A stretch of 49,140 nt of DNA from Alloascoidea hylecoeti (Eukaryota): NCBI GenBank assembly GCA_001600815.1, contig BCKZ01000038.1, positions 1 to 49,140 of the forward strand. Reading direction: 5' to 3'. Positions within the stretch are counted from its first letter, which is position 1, and every line of letters starts with the position of its first letter. Made by a program: the position numbers and the translations under genes. This document shows, in pieces, positions 37,110-47,100 of this stretch. The notes beneath the pieces are model-generated. The model was not told the origin of the DNA and did no database searches. It worked only from the letters and a program-made list of their open reading frames with translations.

Positions 37110-37181
37110 GGCCAAATGGCGCAATGGCAGCGCGTGGGATTGCAAGTCCTTAGGTTATCGGTTCGAATCCGGTTTTGGCCT
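37110..37181 (+). tRNA. tRNA-Cys (GCA), intronless
   Basis: Acceptor GGCCAAA/TTTGGCC, D arm GCGC-AATGGCA-GCGC, anticodon loop TTGCAAG, T arm ATCGG-TTCGAAT-CCGGT, U73 discriminator. Confidence 0.92.
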
Positions 37182-37182
37182 C

Positions 37183-37189
37183 TTTTTTT
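37183..37189 (+). terminator. RNA polymerase III oligo-T terminator
   Basis: T7 run immediately 3' of the tRNA. Confidence 0.8.
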
Positions 37190-37258
37190 AATCTCTGAAT
37201 AATATCATTTATTAGTATACATTGAGTAAAAGTAGGACATGGTGACATTAATACTATA

Positions 37259-37296
37259 AAAAGTAACAACATCACTCAAAAGTAACAACATCACTC
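37259..37296. repeat. perfect 19-bp tandem duplication
   Basis: AAAAGTAACAACATCACTC x2. Confidence 0.9.
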
Positions 37297-37420
37297 AAAA
37301 AAGAGTGAAGCTATAAGATTAGTAATAGCAATTTTTGCCTAGTAATAGGTCTTTTTTATTTTCACAATTTTTTGTTATAAATATAGTATTTATAGATATA
37401 GAAGTTTAATATATAGACAC

Positions 37421-38280
37421 ATGAAAAAAAAAAGATTTCTGAAATTTGGCCCAACTGGCATCTTCCCATAATCTTGGATATTGAATATAAAAGATAATAC
37501 ATGGACGTGTCGTAGGTGAAAGCGGCGAACATATTTGGTATTGGTATGCCAAAATTAACTCTTCACGACCAAGATCACTTTCCATAATAAATTATAAGAC
37601 GAGACTCCTACCAAAATCAAAGGCATCTATCTACTCTTGATGAGTAAGAGCTCTTCCCTCAACCCTTGTTCTTTTGTAAAAATGGGTTGTGCCGCTAATA
37701 TAGAGGGTTTTAGTGAAGGTGTTGATTAGATGGTTATGAAACGCGTGAAAAAGGATCCGTCTCAAAAATTGTCCTGAGGGAGCATATTATTGTTCCGCAA
37801 AACACCATCATTCCAAGACACTTTACACTTTATTATAAAAAGAATTAGAAATTTTAATGCCTATAGACCATTAAGTGAGGATTTAAAATATCTTTGCGGG
37901 TGGAACACTTTAGTTGACGAAGTTTTCAGAACATATGAAATTCTCATATTTGGAACATCGAAGACAGGTACACAAGATATTATAACAGAAAAATAGGATA
38001 AACAATTTATGACCTCAATTTCATCTAATAGTCTTAAAATTGAATTTCAGAGAGGTGAACTGATCACTAGTATAGTCTATATACCTCCACCTATGACTAT
38101 TTTTAAGAATAAATAAAATGATGTCACAGTAGCTAATGGTGATAATCCTAGGTATATTTGGAATCAAGGTTTAAAATTTTTTCTATTTATGGATTCAAAT
38201 ACTTTGAGAATAATAAGATTTTGATGTTGAGGTTTATGAAGATGAAATCGCCAAAATAGATGAAGTTGGTGAATGTTAAG
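37421..38280 (+). pseudogene. decayed coding relic, possibly a pogo/Fot1-type (DDE_1) transposase
   Basis: Frame 37790-38259 runs ~156 codons with only two internal stops. It contains W..LVDEVF...ILIFG and IVYIPPPMT....*NDVTV, resembling the pogo IP..MT...QP.DV.V motif. Confidence 0.35.
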
Positions 38281-38469
38281 TAGTTGATATGGTTGTATGT
38301 TACGATATTGTAACGAAAAATCATCAATATAACCTATACGCATTGAAGAATGAAATTATGGAACAATGATTTTAAGTAATTAGAATCAGGAAAAGAATGA
38401 AATATAGGATAATGAATAATCTATATATTAGGTATAAATTTAGGGACTATATAATATTTGTACTAGTGA

Positions 38470-39480
38470 TCAAAATTTACCTTTTTGTTCGGGTACGGGT
38501 GAGATAAGCTTACCTGTAGTTAAATAGCTCCTGATATTAGCAATAACAAATGCCTCTGTGTCATATAAGGTCTTTTTGGTTAAAATTCCAAAATGGGGTG
38601 TTAATATGACTTTATCATTTTCCAATAATTCAGGGCTAACTTCTGGCTCGTTGTGAAAAACATCAAGACCAACAGATTTGACTTTTCCAGAAGCTAAGGC
38701 ATTAACTAGTGCTTTTTCATCAATTATAGGTCCTCTAGCTGTATTAACTATAATAACACCATCTTTTGCTTTTGCTAAAGTCTTTTCGTTAATTAAATGT
38801 CGTGTTTCTTCATTTAAAGGGACATTTATAGAAATGATATCAGCTGTTTGAAGTAGTTCATCAAGAGATACAAATTCTGAGTCCTTTTCTATTGCTGGAT
38901 CTAATCGTGATCTATTATTATAAATGATTTTTTTGAATCCAAAAGGTTGGGCTCTATCACGGACCCTTCTTCCAATGCCACCCATTCCAAGAATTCCTAG
39001 AACTTTACTTGATGGATCTTCACCCAAATCTACACCTGTAATCCATTTGCCTTTACGTAAATTCTTTTCAGCTTGTCCAAAATTTCTCAAAGCACCTAAT
39101 AATAGCCAAAAATGAGTATCAGCAGTTGCAATTTGTACAGGATCGGTTACATTTGATATCTGGATTCCCTTATCAGTGAAAAAATCCACATCAATATGTT
39201 CATAGCCAGCGCCTTTATTTGAAATTGTTTTTACACTTGATGGCATATGTTCAGCAATTTTTTTGTCGAATCTTCCAGTGATTTTTGCTGACTCCCAAGA
39301 TTTAAAGATTGAAGTTACACCATCATATTTATGTTGTAAATCATATATGAATTCTTCCCTTGATGTCGATGTATAAGTTTCTATCTGAGCTATGTCTTTT
39401 AATTCCTCTAATTTATCCTTAGCCCAGGAGACATTCCCGAGAATTAAAACTCTTGGTTTTTCAATAGTATCAATTGTCAT
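38470..39480 (-). CDS. D-isomer-specific 2-hydroxyacid dehydrogenase (glyoxylate reductase Gor1-like), 336 aa
   Basis: GAGYEHID, ATADT, GILGMGGIG, INVPLNEETRHLI, NTARG, GLDVF.NEP and LTPH. Confidence 0.9.
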   Translation of the reverse strand: MTIDTIEKPRVLILGNVSWAKDKLEELKDIAQIETYTSTSREEFIYDLQHKYDGVTSIFKSWESAKITGRFDKKIAEHMPSSVKTISNKGAGYEHIDVDFFTDKGIQISNVTDPVQIATADTHFWLLLGALRNFGQAEKNLRKGKWITGVDLGEDPSSKVLGILGMGGIGRRVRDRAQPFGFKKIIYNNRSRLDPAIEKDSEFVSLDELLQTADIISINVPLNEETRHLINEKTLAKAKDGVIIVNTARGPIIDEKALVNALASGKVKSVGLDVFHNEPEVSPELLENDKVILTPHFGILTKKTLYDTEAFVIANIRSYLTTGKLISPVPEQKGKF

Positions 39481-40707
39481 TTAATATTTCTTTTCCAAAA
39501 ATTAGAAAGAGGAAGAGAAAATATACAAATTATATAGTTTTTAAGGGAATCACGTGGAGTGCAATCATTTTCATAAATAATCCTTAATGTTAAAATGAAC
39601 TCTCTTGCGGGGTTAAGCTTTAAACAAATTGATTTATTGCAATTTGGTACTACGCCGTGTTGGATTACTTATCTTTGGCTATTGAAACTTTCGATGTCGA
39701 AGATAAGGGATACTAGAGCCCTATGCATGCATAGTATTGTTCCAGGTCTGTTGGCGATTTCCTGGTCTCAATTGGCTCCGTTCAAGAATTACATAATATA
39801 TACTTAATAAATTACGTAATGCTTGTTATGTCGTTTTTTGGGAAGGTAGGGTAACTTGTTGGAGTGAGATATACATGTGCTGGATTGTACGCGCGTTCTC
39901 ATTTATACTGTTGGTTCAGATTAGTCCTTTCAGATTATGACCCCATCATTTAAAACTCATAGAAACATTGGTTGTGTGTAATTAAAAATCAAAATATTCT
40001 TTCAAAAAAAACATATAACTATACAACACATATAAAAACGAAAACAAAACAACAAGGAGAGAAACACAAATATATTAGCAATATTTATATTATGTTTCAT
40101 GGGGTTTATTTTAATGATAAAATTGAGAGATGTAGTAATAACCTTTTGAATTTACTATTTAAAATATAAAATATATAGGAAACTTCATAACGGTGGTGAT
40201 AAGCCTGAGTGTGAGCATGTTCAACTTGTGTCCATTGATTTCACCAGATTTTACTCGACTTTATGCTCTAAGAGGCTCGCCATTAAGATTTACTCATATC
40301 AACAACCTTTTCACATGTAAAATTTCAAAATCAGTATTCTTTTAAGTTTTCAATGTCAATACTAATTAGTTTACAATTTGTGACTATGTATGCCATATTA
40401 AACTTTTATCTATTTAACAATATTAGGAGGAACTGCCCTGCATATTCTCAACTTAATCTCTTAAACAGCAATCGTTGTTACCGCAATCGTAAAGAGAGTA
40501 GTTGCTTAATATAACAAATTCTGCTATTCTTTCTTCCCCTACTCTCATAGAATTTGGAACACAACTATCAATGGCATTACAAATAGGCATAAAATTTTTA
40601 TTGCACACGTTAATACTAATTAAAATACACTTTTTATTGCAGAAGAGAATACAATTGTTAATAAAAATAGGCTTACAATCATATAATTGGCAGTTCAATC
40701 TCTAATA

Positions 40708-41452
40708 CTAACAGCAGACATTCTTTGATTCGAGTTATTTCTCGAAGAATTGATCCCATTTTCTGAACCTCCTGATCTCTTCTTCTGATCAAATATAAAC
40801 GTAAGGAAATTTAAAAGATATAGTTGTGATTATGATGTATCTTAGAAGCTTATATTAATTTGTGATTTTTTAATATTTAACTTATGACAGATTCCTATAT
40901 TTTTTCTACTTTGAAATTAAGATCGAATTCAGACGAGAATTTAAGATCTAACGTTTAATTTTTATTCATATACACTGTAAAACACTTACTTATATTGTAA
41001 GAAATACTCTTAACTCATTTAATCAACTTTACAATTCAAAAGGAGCTGGATTATAATGAGATATTAGGTTAAAGCCACGATTGAAAAACAAAATTGATAT
41101 CTATAATTATATGTATTGCTAGTTGTAGTTGGGCTATAGCTAATTTGGGTCTAGAAACACAACAGGGTAACGGCCTTCAACACATCAAAGTGGAACACCT
41201 CTTTACTCTTTATGTATGGAGTGACTATTGTCGAGCATTGGCGTCCGGATTCTGATCTTGTAACGACCGAAGATTCGTCTATGAATTCAACACCATACCA
41301 AACACTCCGATGTATCTTTAAATAATAATCATTTTGTTCTTTTGACTCTTCTCATTCAGAAAAGGGTTTCGTATGCGGAAATATAATAATGTTTTTCATG
41401 GAGGTGTGAACTGTAAATCTCTGAACTCCACACAGTTGTTGTACCCCAGCTA
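40708..41452 (-). mobile_element. degenerate Tc1/mariner (IS630-Tc1, DDE) transposase relic
   Basis: In the expected order across frameshifts: KPF..., VWYGVEFIDESS (41271-41300), TLMC* (~VMVW, 41177-41191), FLQYK (~FQQDN, 40989-41003), DLNFKVEKI* (~SPDLNPIENxW, 40895-40924), TRIKECL. Confidence 0.7.
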
Positions 41453-41818
41453 CTTTTTTACGATTCTAAATATAAAAAGTATGGGAAATTAATAATAATA
41501 AAACCAATTAAATTGAACCAATCAAATTAATACACAAATAAAACATTAGGAGAATCACTAATTCCGGTCAGTAAAAAAAATTCATAATCATTCATTTACC
41601 TCAAGGAAGTAAAAAAAAAAAGGCTTCATTGTTGTAGTAATTTCTCACAATGTAAATATGAATAATTAATGTTATTTTTAATTATAAGAGAAAAATAAAT
41701 AGAATGAATTAAAAAATTATGATTGAATAAATAAGACTTAAATTTTCAATTTTTGGGCTTTTATAATTTCCATGAAGTTCTTAGGTTAGGAGAAGTCTCA
41801 AGATCATCATTACAATTA

Positions 41819-43063
41819 TTAGAAGCTTAATGTTGAACTTGAACTTGAACTTCTCCTATTTGAATGTCCTCGATTTGTATTATTCCGAAGAGGACTTCTA
41901 AGTGCATTAGAGGATGCATTCCTATTTGTATAAACTATATTCGAATTATCAAAGGTATTTCTATTCATATATATAGTTGATCCAGATATATTCCTATCAG
42001 AAAATATATTTGTAGCATTAAATATTAGATATCCATAAATATTGTTAGATGTATAATTAGGAAATGCTTGTACTCGGTTTTGATAATTTCTTTGCCATAC
42101 TGCAGTTTGTATATATTGATCCCTTTTGCCATACTAGAGTTTGTATTTGGCTTAGTGGATTTCTTTGGCTTGGTGAAGTTTGTATTTATTTTTGATCATC
42201 CAAACCACCAGGAAGAATGCACATACAAATCCTAGTGTACTACGGTAAAATTTATACATGGCATCATTTAGGTTTTGAAGCGTAACCTTTTTTGAACTTT
42301 AATAGTAAATGGTTATTTTTTTTCTATCAAATTGATATTCACAATAGATAATATCCATTAAAGTTGTCGGATCCATACCGTTTCTTTGAAGATTATATTG
42401 CCTAATCAATTCTTTACGACAAAGCGTTGAAGCACGTTCTTCATCCTCATTTTTCATACTAATTAGATTAACATCGCCACATTCAGCGAATCTAATAATT
42501 TCTTTTGGTTTAAAAAGGACCAGATCTCTTGGATGTTGAATAACACCACTTGCAACGAGGGCGTTTTCTTGAATATCGTGTTGCCTATATTTCAGGTAAC
42601 GGACATAATCTTCGGAAACATTACAGCGGATCACTTTTCCTTTGTTCACCTTGTCGTTATCAACATTTACGACAACGATGTCGTTCACTTGAATATGAAG
42701 ATTGTTTTTGGTGGTAGTGACTCTTCCAGCTTTAAATGCCACAAGGTACAAATGGCGCTAGAAGTCTGCGCGGGGTAGGAGGGGTAGCGCATTGAGAACA
42801 ACTGTTATAACCACATTTTGGAGGGGGGAAAATAGTATTGATACGCAGGGTGGGTAGTGAGATAGGAACCAACACCAATATAGGCATTCTTTTGTTCAGG
42901 GGTTGAAGATATTTTGCTGTAGAGCTGATGAAGGGCATAATCTTCCATACTGGGAAACATGTAACAAGTAGAGCAGTGAAAATATCGACAGGAATGAAAG
43001 TTTTTATGACCTTTCAATTCATTATTCAATTTTTTTTTTGCCATTATAGTGGAAGGTAGACAT
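41819..43063 (-). pseudogene. PSP1-family (PSP1 C-terminal domain) pseudogene
   Basis: LYLVAFKAGR, DIVVV, PKEIIRFA, K.EDEERA..LC, CEYQFDRKKITIYY*, then KFYR/TRICMC after a frameshift; several internal stops and frameshifts. Confidence 0.8.
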
Positions 43064-44184
43064 TGACTGTTCAGTACCAGCCAGTACAACTTGTCTGTAA
43101 TGGGAAGAAGCTTGCATTATTATGCATATAGACTTGGAATTATATCGAGAAAAATTGTATTATTATCGCAAGCTAAATTTTGCTATATTTTAAATATTGT
43201 TCACCTAATTAATATCAATACTACTCGATTTTTTTGTTTTACTAACCTCTGGCTGACCTTGTTTCCAGCAAGTGCTGGCTAACAAGAGTGAAAAAAAAAG
43301 GGGGATGAATGAATTTAATGCACATATGCATTATAAAGTTTATTAGCCGCGTGGAAACTTTTCTTTTTTAGTTTAAAGCTTTAAGCACACACTGCATGAT
43401 GCATGCGCAATATGAAATATACGGTCTCTTCGAATTGTAGAATTGTCTGGAAAATAATTAGCGATGTTTCCGTAACTGAATTAGCTTCATCTTTGCAAAT
43501 GAATCAGTGAAGTTGCTGAAAATCATTTAGCGTTACCCAGGAAAACTTGGTGGTGCTACGTGTGGTGAATAATACGTCATAAGTTGGAGTTATATTCGAA
43601 AAGTATTTAGGTAATACACCGGAAATTAATTAGCACTATTCTATGAATTAATAATTGGATACTTCTCGGAAGATCATTTCTTGTTGTGTGCAAATTATAA
43701 TTAGCCTCTTTGTTGAAAATTGATGCCCTATATGAGAAACAAACAGCCTGTGGGGAGTCAATTAATCATATGCAGAGTATTTGGACGATCTTTGAAGCTA
43801 TTTTATAAGAGATACAAAAAGATAAAGTATTCCATATATTAATACCTACTGTGATGGCTATTTTAGTCTACGTTTCTCGAAGAATGCCGTAACATGTATT
43901 CTGGTAGTCTTTACAGTTCAAACTGACGTTCACAGTAACCCGAAACTTTAATGTAAACCACGATACAATTACTTTTAAATTCACAATTCTATAATATTGC
44001 CAAAAATTTATATTCAATCACTAAAATTTTTAAAATACTAAATAGTCATTAATTGCAAACAATTAAAAGCTTGTATATATATATATAAATAACACAAAAA
44101 AAAATAAACAAATGTTTTGCAATGCTGATTAAGAAAGAAATAAAAGAAATTTAAAAAAATATAAAGAAATTTAAAGAGAATAAT

Positions 44185-47100
44185 TTATTCTAGGGGTTTT
44201 ATATGCTCTCCTCTAATAATGGATGAAATTCTTCTCATTGATCGACGAGCAGGTACAGCTTGAGTTTCTCCTCCGCTCATACTTGTATGTCTTCTAAAAC
44301 TTGATCTTCTTGGACTGGAAGGTGCTGATATAGTAGTATTTCTTCTTAAATCAGTTACCGATGCCTGTCTTGCTCTTTCAAAGAAACTGCTTTGATGCTC
44401 ACGGAGAGGAGGAATGTCAGCAATACTATCAGTATCCTCATAAAGCTCTTCAAAATTAATACCAGCATCATTACGTTGAATTAAAAATCGGAAGGTGTTG
44501 AACCAAATGTTATGTGACTGTCGAGTTGGGCAAGTAATTCTAAGATCTCTGCCTTTAGTTTTTATTATGATAGTTTTATGCCAAATACCTGTTGGTAAAG
44601 GATTAGGATCCTCAATGGAATCAACACCTAGTATTGCTGTAGCTTTAGGTCTCTCAGCAGATGGGTCACCAATAGCAGGGTTCTTCTCAGACCAATAGAG
44701 AGTCATAGTATACGGGTGAACCCAGAAATATCGTTTATGGCGACTGTCAGAAATACCACTAACACCCCCCAGTTTCCTATAGTATTTGTATAAATATTCT
44801 CCAATTACAGTCTTAGTAACTGCTGGAATCATACTTCTTTCTGTCATCGATGCTACTGTACCGATGGTAAGGTTAGATGAATGTATAGCACTTTCTGCTG
44901 CGCCAGTTACTCCCATTATACCCATTCTACTTGCTAAAATTCGTTGCATCTCCGCATAATGTGGGTTAGATGTGCCAGAAGAGGTGTCACGGTGAGATAT
45001 AATAGGATGTGCACTTGTTCCTTCTGAAACATCATGAGATTCATTATAGGGATCATTAGTTTTTGAATCTTGAATAGTTTTATCACCACTTGAATCGTCT
45101 CTTTCTGGTATAGGAATTTGTGACAATAAAGAGTAAGATCTATAACTTGGAGCTTGACCAGGCCAGCTTAATTGAGATTTTGTTTGTAATTCTTTATATT
45201 CATGTTTTGACAAAACAACCAATCCAAGAGCTTCAGCTCTTTTAGAAACTTCTATACTTGTAGCATTACGTATTCCTGTTGAACCTTGATTTTTTGTGCG
45301 TATAGTTAATAATTGATCGTAATCCTTTTTAGGAACAGCAACAAGACCGATTGCCATTGCATCTCTAGATATCTCATCTGCATTCAAGTTTCTTGTGGAA
45401 GCTTCCGGAGCTGAAACAGTTCTTGATTTTGTTTCCATATCAATTAACTTATTATATTCTTGTTGTTCGATTGCAACTAGACCAAGCTTCTCAGCTGCTT
45501 CTGTAACTTGTTTGACAGAAGGATTGATTTTAGATAATAACTGATCATACTCATCTTTAGGAAGAACTTTCAAATCAAGTGAAGTACCCTTTTCTATTAT
45601 GTAATCTTTCTCCGGAGTCTTAATATTCTTTATCATTTGTTGGAAGAGAGATTCATTGACAGTGACCAATCCGATAGCTTTGGCTTTTTCTGATAAATGT
45701 TTTTCATCGGGTGAATCCGCTTTTTTAATTACTTCATTATATTCATCTGTTGGAATAGCAGTTAAACCAAGTTCATCTGCTTTCTGAACAAGTTCATCCT
45801 GATTCAACGGACGAGCTTTGTCCTTGAGATCAGAAAATTCCTTGTTTTCTATAGTAATATAACCCAGCTCAGTGGCCTTTTCAGAAATATATGAGATATC
45901 TGGTGTGTTAGCATGAGATTCCAACAAAATATGTTCTTCAATAGGTATAGTAACTAAGCCAATATTATTTGCCTTTTCAGATAAAAACTTCTCATTGGGT
46001 TGATTAATCGTTTCAACCATAGTCTTGTAATCGGTCGCAGAAACACATTCATATCCAATTAAATGTGCTTTGTCAATGATGTGCTGAGAATCGGGTTCAT
46101 TTGCTAATCTACTTAGCTCAGTGTACTCTGTATCACTTAAGGGATGGTAACCCAAATTAGTAGCTTTATTGAGAATTTCATCGGGGGTAAGTTCCCTTGC
46201 TGCCTCGATTAATGAATCGTATGCTGGCTTAGGAGCAACAATTAAATCCAACTCCATCGCCTTTTCAGATAAATACTCTTCATTTGGATGTTGCAGATTA
46301 TTCATTAAAGCGTCATACTCCTCCTTTGTAATTGGTTCTAATCCGACAGCACGGGATTTTTCAATAATATGGTCTTTATCTGGTTCGTTAGCTTTCTTAG
46401 ATAATTGTTCATAAAAATCCATCGGAACCGCAATCAAACCAATAGCCTTAGCAACTTTTGAAATATGTGTTGAATCAGGATTCTCTGCATTTTTCATTAG
46501 AATGTCATAATCGGATTTCTTTACATTCTCATAACCAAGTTCTCTTGCTTTAGTAGAAATAAAATCAATGTCAGGATTTGTTGACTTCAACAAAAGAGAA
46601 TCAAATGCATCTTTCTCTAACAAAACACTTCCTATAGTTTCAGCAGCAGATCTTAAGTAATCCATACTTGGGTTCTTTAATTTTGAGTTAAGATCATCAA
46701 GTTCTTCTTTAGATATAATAGCAAGATCGATCTCTGATGCCTTTTCTGATAAGTATTCTTCAGATGGATGTTCAATTTTTGTGTGTAATAGGTCATACTC
46801 ATTCTTTGGTACTGCTTCATAACCAATCAATCTTGACTTTTCGATTATATGATCCCTTTCAGGCTCATTAGCATTCTTTAAGAGTCTTTGATATGATTCC
46901 TTGTGTTCAACAACTAAACCAGCTGCAAGCGCAACCTTAGAAATATGATCGAAGTCCGGATTCTCCGCATTTTTAAGAATTGTTTTAAAAGTAGAATCAG
47001 GGACTAAAGTGTAACCAAGAGGTTTGGATTTTTCTTTTATGAAATCAATATCGGGATTAGTTGTCATAGAGACAAGCCCATTGTAGACATCTTCCTCGAT

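Noticed and set aside
8409..39480. Metabolic gene cluster (FBA1, PDC, flavocytochrome, Gor1-like)
   Set aside because: The genes are interspersed with unrelated housekeeping genes and share no evident regulatory architecture.
40453..40705. Cys-rich 81-aa ORF and its antisense 67-aa ORF
   Set aside because: Non-ATG starts, built from degenerate short repeats, no recognisable family.
41564..41576. 13-nt inverted match (TTTTACTGACCGG) to position ~414-426 as a possible transposon terminal repeat
   Set aside because: Short, 41 kb apart, flanks housekeeping genes, and no partner was found at the other end of the Tc1 relic.
2772..43063. Stop-codon reassignment or readthrough to explain in-frame TAA/TAG in several broken ORFs
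   Set aside because: Conserved genes here end normally at TAA, TAG and TGA, and the broken ORFs also contain frameshifts; ordinary decay explains them.
43440..43900. Coding-like fragments here and at ~33950-34400
   Set aside because: Too many stops and no recognisable motif to support a call.
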